From: an uncultured Gammaproteobacteria bacterium
Lineage (GTDB): Bacteria; Patescibacteriota; Patescibacteriia; Magasanikbacterales; GWA2-37-8
NCBI GenBank assembly: GCA_964596525.1
Contig: CAZQUL010000001.1
Span: 742,509-806,508, forward strand
Length of the DNA stretch: 64,000 nucleotides
Direction: 5' to 3'
The stretch's first letter is position 1. Each line of letters begins with the position of its first letter. Of the stretch, positions 1 to 8,702 are shown piece after piece. The notes beneath the pieces were generated by a model. That model made no database searches. It worked only from the letters and a program-made list of their open reading frames with translations, and had not been told where the DNA came from. Position numbers and translations under genes: made by a program.

Positions 1-1274
1 TGGATGGGATGCGTAACGTGCTCGCGTTGGCGCGTAAAACCGGTGCGCGCGTACTCTTTACCTCCACCTCCGAAGTATACGGTGATCCGCTTGAGCATCC
101 GCAGAAAGAAACGTATTTTGGTAACGTTGATCCGCTTGGCAAGCGGGCATGTTATGACGAAGGCAAACGGGCAGCTGAAACGCTTGCTAAAGACTATGCC
201 GAACAGTACGGCGTGGATGCCCGCATCGTGCGCCTGTTTAACGTGTACGGCCCGCGCATGATGGTGAGTGATGGCCGGGTCCTCTCCAATTTCATCGTGC
301 AGGCGACGCTTGGCAAGCCGATTACCGTCTTTGGCGACGGAGAGCAGACGCGCAGTTTTTGCTATGTGGACGATATCGTTGAAGCATTGGTGCGTACTAT
401 GGAGCATGGCGAGCTTGATTATCATCCGGTCAACTTGGGCAACCCTGACGAGCGCAGTATTAATAACTTGGCCGAGCTTGTCAAAGAAGCGATCGGCTCG
501 ACATCCGCTATCACACGCGTACCGCTTACAAGCGTGCCCGGGCGGTTGGGCGATCCGCAGCAGCGCTGCCCGGATATTACCCGGGCGAAAACCGTGCTTG
601 GGTGGCAGCCGACCACATCGTTTAAGGACGGTTTAGCCAAGACGCTGGCAGATTTTAAGGTTCGTTTAGAGGTCAAGCCGCGCGTGGCGGTTTTTGTACC
701 CGAGTTTGGCGCTCGTACTGGTCCGGCCGAAGCGCGCATGCGACAGATTATTGATCGGCTTAAGGAATGGCATTTCGATATATATACGGCCCGGCTCGCC
801 GCGGCAGATGCGGAGCGTGAAGAAGGGGATGGTATGACTATCATCCGCTTAGGGCGGGGGATCAAGCTCGATAAGTATCTTTTTCCATGGCGGGCGGCGG
901 TTGCCGCTCGTCGTAACCAGGCAGTCAACGGCTATCGCTTTTCGTGGGCCGTGATGGCGAGTTATGGTGCGCTCGCCGCGGCACTTTTTTCTCGCCTTGC
1001 GCCCGAAAAAGTGCCGTTCGTAGTGAGTGTCTTCGAGAATGCTGACGTGGAGAGTTTGGTTCGCCAAGGCAGGCTGAAACGGTGGTTGCATCGCTTTATA
1101 TTCAAGAGCGCGCACCGCTGGCAACTACTCAGCCCGATGCCCGAAGCTGAAAAAGCCTGGCTTGAGAATGAAGCTCGTTTCCAGGTGGTGAACGATCCGG
1201 AAAACGCCGATCTTTTGGCCAAGCGGACGAACGAACTCTTTAATGAATTGGAAATACTCGCGGCGCGTTTGTAA
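1..1274 (+). CDS. NAD-dependent epimerase/dehydratase of the UDP-glucuronate decarboxylase (UXS/ArnA C-domain) type, 5' partial, with an extra ~200-aa C-terminal region
   Basis: The translation (VLFTSTSEVYGDP ... YDEGKR ... NVYGPRM ... GDGEQTRSFCYVDD) matches the mid and C-terminal SDR core of UXS enzymes. The frame runs off the window start. The ORF continues ~600 nt beyond the expected end of the SDR domain. Confidence 0.7.
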   Translation, partial: DGMRNVLALARKTGARVLFTSTSEVYGDPLEHPQKETYFGNVDPLGKRACYDEGKRAAETLAKDYAEQYGVDARIVRLFNVYGPRMMVSDGRVLSNFIVQATLGKPITVFGDGEQTRSFCYVDDIVEALVRTMEHGELDYHPVNLGNPDERSINNLAELVKEAIGSTSAITRVPLTSVPGRLGDPQQRCPDITRAKTVLGWQPTTSFKDGLAKTLADFKVRLEVKPRVAVFVPEFGARTGPAEARMRQIIDRLKEWHFDIYTARLAAADAEREEGDGMTIIRLGRGIKLDKYLFPWRAAVAARRNQAVNGYRFSWAVMASYGALAAALFSRLAPEKVPFVVSVFENADVESLVRQGRLKRWLHRFIFKSAHRWQLLSPMPEAEKAWLENEARFQVVNDPENADLLAKRTNELFNELEILAARL

Positions 1275-1290
1275 CGCGCCGCTTGTTTTT
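1261..1290 (+). terminator. Rho-independent terminator hairpin (cggcgcg/cgcgccg) followed by a T-tract
   Basis: A perfect 7-bp GC stem spans the stop codon and is followed by cttgttttt. Confidence 0.55.
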
Positions 1291-1302
1291 AATATTTTTT
1301 TG

Positions 1303-1416
1303 CTTGTCATTCCGAGCGTAGCCGAGGAATCCCTTAAACTCTAAGTAAAGCGATTTCCTCCTTGGAGGATTCTAAACCCCCGTTTCACTCCTGCGTCGCT
1401 CTAGTTGCAATGATAG
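1303..1416. repeat. Imperfect palindromic intergenic element, copy 1 (gtcattccgagcg...gaggaatccc family)
   Basis: The left arm gtcattccgagcgtagccgaggaatccc recurs almost exactly at 2548. It is related to the gtcattgcgagcg...gaagcaatcc elements at 24013 and 60066. Confidence 0.7.
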
Positions 1417-1428
1417 GCATTCTTCTGT

Positions 1429-2472
1429 TTAGAAGAATGGCGTGAGGATGTCTTTGTTTTTTTTAAGCCAGTCGTTGAGCTGGCGGATGCCGGTTTTGGT
1501 ATCAATCTTCGGTTCCCAGCCAAGATCTTCTTTGAGCTTGCGGATATCGGCAACGAAGATGGGTTGGTCACCGGGGCGCGTAGCGGCGGAAGCGAGGTTA
1601 AGCGTATAACCAAGGTCGGTTTTAAGATACTCGATGAGTTCGGCGAGGGAGATAGTGTTTCCCGGGCCGCCACCGACGTTATAGGCATGACCGTTCACAC
1701 GATCGATGTTGGCGAGTGCCAGGTCGTAGAGCCTTGCCAAATCCGTAGCGAAAAGAATATCGCGGACCTGTTTACCTGTGCCGTAGATGGTGATTTTTTT
1801 GCCAAGGAGGGCGGCGATGGAGAACCAGGCAACCCAGCCCTGGTCTTCGACACCAAACTGGTGTTCGCCGTAGATGCAGGATTGGCGGAAGACGACGGTT
1901 TTGAGGCCGTAGATGCGGCTGTAATCGATGACGTACTGGTCGGCCGCGCCCTTGGAACAGCCGTAAGGGGAATGGAAATCGAGCGCTTGGGTTTCGGGGA
2001 CGCCGTAGGTGCGGTACGCGTCGTCGTTGAATTCGTAGCGCGTCGGCGTTTCGCGGACCGTATAGTGTTCGAGCGCGCCGTAGACTTTGTTGGTGGAAGA
2101 ATAGATAAGCGGCGGTTTTTTACTGCTGGTGCGCACGGCTTCGAGTACGTTAAAGGTGCCGAGGATGTTGTTTTCGAAGTCACTTCTTGGGTCGGTGATG
2201 GAAGTGGTAACCGCCACTTGCGCGGCTAAGTGCAGCACGGCATCGTGTTCGTTGGCGAGGGCGCGGAGCTTGTCGAGGTCGGTGCGGATATCACCTCGCA
2301 CGATAGTAACGGCGCTGGGAAAGGCGTTCGTGATGTAGGTTTCATTCAAGTCCGTTCCTTTGCGCGAGAAATTATCAAACAGCGTGACATTCCAGCCTTT
2401 GTTGATGAAATGTTCGGCAGCATTGACGCCGATAAAACCGGCGCCGCCGGTGATGAGAAGACGTTGTGGCAT
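1429..2472 (-). CDS. NAD-dependent sugar epimerase/dehydratase (CDP-paratose 2-epimerase-like SDR)
   Basis: The N-terminus reads MPQRLLITGGAGFIG (Rossmann GxxGxxG). A YxxxK catalytic pair (YGCSKGAAD) is present. The ATG at 2472 is preferred because the upstream stretch covers the palindromic repeat. Confidence 0.75.
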   Translation of the reverse strand: MPQRLLITGGAGFIGVNAAEHFINKGWNVTLFDNFSRKGTDLNETYITNAFPSAVTIVRGDIRTDLDKLRALANEHDAVLHLAAQVAVTTSITDPRSDFENNILGTFNVLEAVRTSSKKPPLIYSSTNKVYGALEHYTVRETPTRYEFNDDAYRTYGVPETQALDFHSPYGCSKGAADQYVIDYSRIYGLKTVVFRQSCIYGEHQFGVEDQGWVAWFSIAALLGKKITIYGTGKQVRDILFATDLARLYDLALANIDRVNGHAYNVGGGPGNTISLAELIEYLKTDLGYTLNLASAATRPGDQPIFVADIRKLKEDLGWEPKIDTKTGIRQLNDWLKKNKDILTPFF

Positions 2473-2545
2473 ACGCGCTAGATTACTAGACATAAAGTGT
2501 AATTTGCGGTATTCTAGCATAAAAAAGAGCTTGTGCAACTACCCG

Positions 2546-2636
2546 TTGTCATTCCGAGCGCAGTCGAGGAATCCCTTGAGTCAGGGTTAAGCGATTCCTC
2601 CGCTACGCTCCTACGTCGCTCCGGTCGGAATGACAG
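2546..2636. repeat. Imperfect palindromic intergenic element, copy 2
   Basis: gtcattccgagcgcagtcgaggaatccctt ... ggaggaatcgctt ... gtcggaatgacag. The arms are reverse complements of each other. Confidence 0.7.
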
Positions 2637-2673
2637 AATTATTATAGAAATTGGGAAGTCGAGAATTCATCCT

Positions 2674-3786
2674 ATGGCTACCTTTGACCATAACCTTATC
2701 TATGTTTCGCCGTATTTCAACCCGCGGGTCGCGTCGGGAGCGAATCGGCGATTTAACGAAATCGGGAAGCGGCTTTTGGCGGATTTCGGTGACCGGTTTA
2801 CGCTTGTCGTGAGTAAAGGCGCGGTGCCGGAATGGTGGGCGGGTAAGAATCTGCGCGAGGTTGATTATGATTTCAATCATCGTACCAAGTTCCGTGCGGT
2901 CCGCGAAATTGCGGCCGTTCTCGATGCGGCTCCCGCGTCGCAGGTCATCATCGAATCAATTCCCATTCCGTTTAAAGCGCTCAAGCGGCACCAGCATCTC
3001 CAGGTGGCGTACGATTTCCGCTATTTTTATCCGTTCAGCAAGAGTTGGTTGTATCGGTTGTTGTTTTCGCAGTACCTTAAATACGAGTGGCGCACGTCGG
3101 AATTCATGCTGACGTGCAGCGAGTTTTCCATCCAGGAGCTCGAACGTCATGTCGGGTATCCGCGCGACCGGGTGGTGAAGAGCTTTTTCGGCATCAATGG
3201 GCAGATTTTTGCGGTGCCGCATCGGCCGCTTGGCGAGAAAGAATACGATCTCATCTATGTCGGCCATTTCGATGGACATAAAAACCATGCCCCACTCATC
3301 GACGCGCTCGGTTTGATGGATAAAAACCTTAAAGTCCTCTTTATCGGTGTCGATAACGGGCTTAAATCTGCACTTCAAGAACGCGCTACGGGTTTGGGGC
3401 TCACGAATATTTCCTGGCTTACTGTGCGTGACGAACGGGAAGTATGGAATTTTTATACTAAAAGCAAGGTATTCGTTTCACCATCGTTGTACGAAGGGTT
3501 CGGTATGCCAACCATCGAAGCGCTCGCCCTCGGACTTCCGGTTGTGCTTTCCGATATTCCGGTTTTTCACGAAGTGGGTGGCACGCTCGCGACCTACTTT
3601 AATCCACATGATCCGTCTGATATCGCGGCCAAACTTACTGCCGCTCTTAAAAATCCGACGCCGCCTGCGTCCGACCAGGTTAAACAAACGCTCGCACCGT
3701 TTTTGTGGGGCGAGATTTACCGCACGTTCGTACTCGATTTGGAACGGCTCTGGAAGAACCGTCGGGCGGAACTCAAATCTTCTTAA
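2674..3786 (+). CDS. Glycosyltransferase family 4 (GT-B fold)
   Basis: The C-terminal half carries the GT4 signature (VSPSLYEGFGMPTIEALALGLPVV). The start is placed at MATFDHN after the repeat. Confidence 0.75.
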   Translation: MATFDHNLIYVSPYFNPRVASGANRRFNEIGKRLLADFGDRFTLVVSKGAVPEWWAGKNLREVDYDFNHRTKFRAVREIAAVLDAAPASQVIIESIPIPFKALKRHQHLQVAYDFRYFYPFSKSWLYRLLFSQYLKYEWRTSEFMLTCSEFSIQELERHVGYPRDRVVKSFFGINGQIFAVPHRPLGEKEYDLIYVGHFDGHKNHAPLIDALGLMDKNLKVLFIGVDNGLKSALQERATGLGLTNISWLTVRDEREVWNFYTKSKVFVSPSLYEGFGMPTIEALALGLPVVLSDIPVFHEVGGTLATYFNPHDPSDIAAKLTAALKNPTPPASDQVKQTLAPFLWGEIYRTFVLDLERLWKNRRAELKSS

Positions 3787-3788
3787 AT

Positions 3789-6047
3789 ATGGCGCGCATC
3801 GTTTTGGCTACGGGCGTGTATCCGCCCGATATTGGCGGACCATCCACCTACGTGAAAAAACTCGCCGTACTGCTTAAAGAAGCCGGTCATGCGGTCACAA
3901 TCGTACATTTCGCGGCCACGACGCGAGAGTATGATGACGCTGGAATCCGGGTCTATGCCGTTGGTCGTGACCAGAACGTCGCGGGGCGGTACTTCGGTTT
4001 TTTTAAACGTTTGTGGACGCTCAGCGGAGAAATCGATCTCCTCTACGCATTCGATATCGTCAGCGTCGGCATTCCCGCGGCCCTCGTACGGTTCTTTAAG
4101 CCACGGCTTACATTGGTCGCTCGTCTCGGCGGGGATTTTTTGTGGGAAAAAGCTTTTAATAACGGTTGGACTACGGCCGCGCTTTCAACGTATTTTTCGG
4201 AATCAAAAAACGGGTATGAGCGCCTCATGATGTTCCTTAACCGCACGATACTACGCCAGGCGGACGGCCTCATCTTTTCTACGGCCTGGCAAAAAGAATT
4301 GTACGAGAAAACCTTCGGTGCGGTGCCGGGTGTCTCTACGGTTATCGAAAATGCGGTGCCGCGCAGTACTGCTGCTATGGCTGATTCAGCCCCGAAAGAG
4401 TATCTCGATGTGGTGTTCGCTGGACGGTTCATAAAACTTAAGAATTTATCGCTTCTCATCGCGGCTGTGGCCGAGGTGCCGGGAGCGCGCCTCACGCTCA
4501 TTGGCACTGGACCCGATGAAGAACGTTTGAAAAATGAAGTGCGTACCCGCGGACTCGAAAACCGGGTGACGTGGGTGGCGACTCTTCCGCACGATGAACT
4601 CCAAGAGCGCGTCCGGGCGGCCGGTGTCGTGGTCGTGCCGTCTATCAGCGAGATCAGTCCGAACGTTGTGTTTGAGGCAATTTCGCAGGGCGTGCCAGTC
4701 CTTGTGACGCGCGAAACCGGTATCAATGAAGAACTTAAAAAAGTGTTGATGACGTTTGATCCGTTCAACAAAGAAGAACTTCGCGCCGCACTCATGCGCC
4801 TCACTGATCCGGAAGCGTATCGGCAGTATCGCGATGCGGTGCGCGGCATAACGCAAAGCCGTGGTTGGGTCGATGTGGCACGCGATCATGAAACGTATTT
4901 CAGTGCGTTGCTTGCCAAAACCGCTACCCAGACATCTCGTTTTTTATTTATCGGTAACGATAAAAACGCTCTGTACGAAGGTAGTGCGGTTGGCAAACGT
5001 ATGCAAGCATATTTTCCCGATCAGCTGGTCGATAGTTTGGTGCTGGCCGAAGCGCGTACCGCACCCTTTGAGCGTCCTGATGGAACCGTGCGGGTCATCT
5101 ATCGCGGTGGCGTAACCAAACTCGTTAACTTTCTGCGTTCGCTGTGGTGGGTTGCAGTGAGTTCAAGAAAAAATACCTATACGCTCGTGTGCACGCAAGA
5201 CGTGCTGTTTTCCGGTTTGCTCGGCGCCTTTGCTGCTCGTCTGCGCCGTCTGCCGCTCATCGTACAGGTGCATGGCGACTACGTGGATAATCCACTCTGG
5301 ATCAAGCAGCGAAAACTCAACCGCCTGCTTAACCGTACGGCGAAATGGGTGATCAGGCAGGCAACGGCGGTACGCGTCGTGAGCGAACGTTTGCGGCAGA
5401 GTTACATCCGCGATTTTGGTATCGCGCCGGAACGCGTGGTGTCCATCCCCATCGGTGTCGACTTGTCCACGTTTTTGGCTGCTCCTGAGCCAGCGCAGCG
5501 TGAACCGATCATCGTTTTTATCGGGCGTTTGATTGAAGAAAAATCGCCCTTGTTATTCGCGCGCGCGGCTGGAAGCGTCCTTAAAAAATATGGTACGGTA
5601 CGAGCAGTTGTCATCGGGGAAGGGCATTTGAAAGCCGAGATGCAACGGTATTTTACCGAACTTGGCGTTGCCGAGCGTGTGGCGTTTACCGGTTTCATTC
5701 CCGCGGCGGAAATTGCCGGTTGGTGCGTGCGTTCGCGCGTCCTTGTGCATACTGCGGCCTGGGAAGGGTGGGGGATGCCGATGATCGAAGCAATGGCCGC
5801 TGGTTGCCCGGTCGTAACCACCGATTCGGGGTGTGCCGGCGAAGCAGTGAGAAATGGTGATAACGGCGTGGTAGTGCCGGTTGATGACGAAGCAGGGCTC
5901 ATCCTGGGCATCGAAAAACTTTTGAATGATGATGTGACGTGGAAAACCTATTCCGAACGGTCGCGGATCGAAGCTAAGAAATGGTCCTTTGATGAACTTA
6001 AGAAACAATTTGCAACTTTGTGTAGTCGCTATGCCAAAACAACATAA
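3789..6047 (+). CDS. Tandem double glycosyltransferase (two GT4 domains fused, ~752 aa)
   Basis: There are two successive GT-B modules, each with the E-x7-E type motif. The first has PSISEISPNVVFEAISQGVPVL and the second has HTAAWEGWGMPMIEAMAAGCPVV. The start is MARIVLATGVYPPDIGG. Confidence 0.75.
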   Translation: MARIVLATGVYPPDIGGPSTYVKKLAVLLKEAGHAVTIVHFAATTREYDDAGIRVYAVGRDQNVAGRYFGFFKRLWTLSGEIDLLYAFDIVSVGIPAALVRFFKPRLTLVARLGGDFLWEKAFNNGWTTAALSTYFSESKNGYERLMMFLNRTILRQADGLIFSTAWQKELYEKTFGAVPGVSTVIENAVPRSTAAMADSAPKEYLDVVFAGRFIKLKNLSLLIAAVAEVPGARLTLIGTGPDEERLKNEVRTRGLENRVTWVATLPHDELQERVRAAGVVVVPSISEISPNVVFEAISQGVPVLVTRETGINEELKKVLMTFDPFNKEELRAALMRLTDPEAYRQYRDAVRGITQSRGWVDVARDHETYFSALLAKTATQTSRFLFIGNDKNALYEGSAVGKRMQAYFPDQLVDSLVLAEARTAPFERPDGTVRVIYRGGVTKLVNFLRSLWWVAVSSRKNTYTLVCTQDVLFSGLLGAFAARLRRLPLIVQVHGDYVDNPLWIKQRKLNRLLNRTAKWVIRQATAVRVVSERLRQSYIRDFGIAPERVVSIPIGVDLSTFLAAPEPAQREPIIVFIGRLIEEKSPLLFARAAGSVLKKYGTVRAVVIGEGHLKAEMQRYFTELGVAERVAFTGFIPAAEIAGWCVRSRVLVHTAAWEGWGMPMIEAMAAGCPVVTTDSGCAGEAVRNGDNGVVVPVDDEAGLILGIEKLLNDDVTWKTYSERSRIEAKKWSFDELKKQFATLCSRYAKTT

Positions 6048-6984
6048 TATTCTGGTTACCGGCGTTGGTGGTCCGGCGGGCGTAAACGCCGTTCGTTTGC
6101 TTCAGGAATTCAAGAATAAGGTCGGTATTTTTGGCGTGGATTCGGGTGCATTGTCGGCGGGCCGCGCGTTTACCGATGATTTTACGACTATCGCCCTGGT
6201 GTCGGACAAAGAGCAGTACCGCACCGATCTCCTAGCCTGTATCAAGCGGTGGAATATCACCTGCATCGTTCCGACCGTGAGCGAAGAGCTCGTTCATATC
6301 CACGATGTCTTGAAAGACGTGCTGGTAACGATTATCGCCTCGCCGCGTGAAACGCTCGAACTCTGTCATGATAAACGGAAGCTCTACGAATTCATGTCTG
6401 CGCGTCTGCCAAACGCAATGGTGAAATGGCAGACCCTCGAAAAACCGCTCGCGTTTGCTGCTCCGGAGTATTTCCTCAAACCGGCGATGGGGCGCGGCGG
6501 ACGGGGGTGTAGAAAAGTAGCGGCCGAGGCGCTCAAGAACGAACTGCCCTTCATCGAGAATCCGGAAACATGGATCGCGATGGAAGTTCTCTCGGGCGTG
6601 GAATGGACTGTGGATGCCTACATCACAGCACAAGGCGCGGTGCGCTTCATCGTGCCGCGGGAACGCCTTGCACTTTCGGGCGGTATTTCGCAGAAGGGGA
6701 GAACGGTGCATTATGCGCCGGTCATCGAACGCACTAAAGAAGTGCTGGCCATCCTTCCCTTGCGTGGTCCGGTCTGCCTGCAGTGGAAAGCTGATGCCGC
6801 AGGTAACGTGAAGCAGGTTGAAATCAACCCGCGGCTCTCAGGCGGCGTGAGTATTACGGCTCGAGCTGGCGCCAATCCGCTCCGCTGCATCGTAGACGAG
6901 TTAGAAGGTAATGCAGCAATTCCGATCGAGTACCAAGATATCACCGTTGTGCGCTACTTTGAGGATGTAGTCATTCCTACCTAA
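6031..6984 (+). CDS. ATP-grasp domain ligase
   Basis: The N-terminus NILVTGVGGPAGVNAV and a central KPAMGRGGRG with a later EINPRLSGG fit the ATP-grasp fold. The start may instead be the ATG at 5989. Confidence 0.6.
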   Translation: MPKQHNILVTGVGGPAGVNAVRLLQEFKNKVGIFGVDSGALSAGRAFTDDFTTIALVSDKEQYRTDLLACIKRWNITCIVPTVSEELVHIHDVLKDVLVTIIASPRETLELCHDKRKLYEFMSARLPNAMVKWQTLEKPLAFAAPEYFLKPAMGRGGRGCRKVAAEALKNELPFIENPETWIAMEVLSGVEWTVDAYITAQGAVRFIVPRERLALSGGISQKGRTVHYAPVIERTKEVLAILPLRGPVCLQWKADAAGNVKQVEINPRLSGGVSITARAGANPLRCIVDELEGNAAIPIEYQDITVVRYFEDVVIPT

Positions 6985-7007
6985 TCTTACTTCTTTCTTT
7001 TACGCAT

Positions 7008-7607
7008 ATGAATATCGTCGCGATTGGTGCTCACCCGGATGATGTAGAGCTCGGAGCTGGTGGAGCGCTCGCTCGGCATAAGGCCGCGGGTGACCGGATT
7101 ACCATCATTACCCTTACGGCCGGAGAGCAGGGTGGTGCGCCAGCTGATGTGCGTGTGCGCGAAGCCGAGGCTGCAGCGCGCGTGCTCGGCGCTGAGTACA
7201 TCAATCTCGGATTCAAGGATACGGCCATTCCATCCACGTCTGAGCCGCTCTTTGCACTCGAAGAATGTATTAAAAAGTGTGCGCCCGACCGCGTATACAT
7301 TCCATTCCAGCACGAAATCCACCAGGACCATCGCCGTACGTTCGAGGTGGCCATAAGCGCCTGCCGCAACGTGCCGCAGATCCTCATGTACGAAGGTCCG
7401 AGCACGTTTCCGGATTTTAAAGTCGATTTTTGGATCGATATTAAAGACCATATCAAAGCCAAACTCAAAGCCATCGAATGCCATGCGAGCCAGGGTGAGA
7501 AGGAAATCCTCAAGCTCGAGGCCGTGCAGGGGCTCAACCGCGCGCGCGGCTACCAAGCCCGTACTCAGTATGCCGAAGGATTCGCGATTTTTCGGTTCAT
7601 TGAATAA
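7008..7607 (+). CDS. PIG-L/LmbE family N-acetylglucosaminyl deacetylase
   Basis: MNIVAIGAHPDDVELGAGG carries the AHPDDE motif typical of LmbE/MshB/BshB-type deacetylases. Confidence 0.8.
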   Translation: MNIVAIGAHPDDVELGAGGALARHKAAGDRITIITLTAGEQGGAPADVRVREAEAAARVLGAEYINLGFKDTAIPSTSEPLFALEECIKKCAPDRVYIPFQHEIHQDHRRTFEVAISACRNVPQILMYEGPSTFPDFKVDFWIDIKDHIKAKLKAIECHASQGEKEILKLEAVQGLNRARGYQARTQYAEGFAIFRFIE

Positions 7608-7610
7608 CGT

Positions 7611-8702
7611 ATGAGTAGCCGGGAAAAACTCGTCTATCTTTTGCCGGTGTTTGATGCGGCGACCGATACGCACCATCGCCATCTGTACGACATGATCGAA
7701 GAGCTTGGGGAACGTTTCGAGCTCGTGGTTATCGTGGAGCGGGGGAGTAAGGCGGAGTTTAAGAATGTCGTCGAAACCGTCCTACTTCCGCCCTCTGGCA
7801 TACGACGGATGTTAAAGTTATGGCAGACACTTCGCAGCTTACGACGGCGGGGTTTTTCCAAACTCTATGTGCATTATTCATATCCTGGCGTCATCGTCGG
7901 TCGGGTGGCTGGTATGCGGATCTGGTACTGGAATTGCGGTCAAGCTTGGCTGTTCCCATCGTTCTCCAACCGGTATGTATTGAAAGCGGTTATACGTTTA
8001 GCGCACACGCTCGTTACGGGTACTAATTTTATGGCGCGCGGTTACTCTACGCACTATGGCATGCCGATGGATCGTATTGCGGTTATGCCGAACTGGATTC
8101 GCGTAGCCGAATGGGCAGCAGCGGACAAAGATCAGACTGAAGAGAAACGGCTTGCGCTCGGTATCCGTTCTGATGAAAAAGTTGCTCTATTTGTCCATCG
8201 CCTGGCGCCGCGTAAAGGAACGCGCCATCTCCCCGAAATATGGTCGGGAATATTAACTGATCAAAAAGTCCATCTCGTTATCGCGGGTGACGGCCCAGAT
8301 CGCGCCTGGCTTGAAAATGAACGTGCTAAGTCGCCGCTTAAAGATCGCATCCATTTTCTTGGTGCGGTCAATAACAAGAAAATGCCGCCGCTTTTCCATC
8401 TTTCCGATGTGTTCATTATGCCATCGCTAGAGGAGGGTTTTCCGCGCTCTGCGCTTGAAGCGATGGCAACCGGCGTGCCGATAGTGGCGTTTGATACCGG
8501 GGGTCTTGAAGAAATTCTGCCGCCCGAGAATATGCCCTTCATATATCCTGTTGGACAGTGCGCGCTATTTATCGAAGGCGTAAAGAAAATCCTTGCGTCA
8601 CGCGAGGTTGTGCGTGCTGAAGTTTTACAACAACAAGCTGCGCGCTTCGATCTTTTGAGCGTCGTAAAAATTTTTGCGAACCTTTTGCAGGAAAAAATAT
8701 GA
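7611..8702 (+). CDS. Glycosyltransferase family 4
   Basis: The C-terminal motif is FIMPSLEEGFPRSALEAMATGVPIVAFDTGG. Confidence 0.75.
   Translation: MSSREKLVYLLPVFDAATDTHHRHLYDMIEELGERFELVVIVERGSKAEFKNVVETVLLPPSGIRRMLKLWQTLRSLRRRGFSKLYVHYSYPGVIVGRVAGMRIWYWNCGQAWLFPSFSNRYVLKAVIRLAHTLVTGTNFMARGYSTHYGMPMDRIAVMPNWIRVAEWAAADKDQTEEKRLALGIRSDEKVALFVHRLAPRKGTRHLPEIWSGILTDQKVHLVIAGDGPDRAWLENERAKSPLKDRIHFLGAVNNKKMPPLFHLSDVFIMPSLEEGFPRSALEAMATGVPIVAFDTGGLEEILPPENMPFIYPVGQCALFIEGVKKILASREVVRAEVLQQQAARFDLLSVVKIFANLLQEKI

Noticed and set aside
2533-2673. N-terminal extension of the GT4 ORF (MQLPVVIPSAVEESLESG...)
   Set aside because: The extension is translated straight across palindromic repeat copy 2. 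The ATG at 2674 (MATFDHN) gives a normal GT4 N-terminus.
6987-7682. 231-aa minus-strand ORF overlapping the LmbE-like gene
   Set aside because: It overlaps a well-supported plus-strand deacetylase that carries the AHPDDE motif. It is probably spurious.
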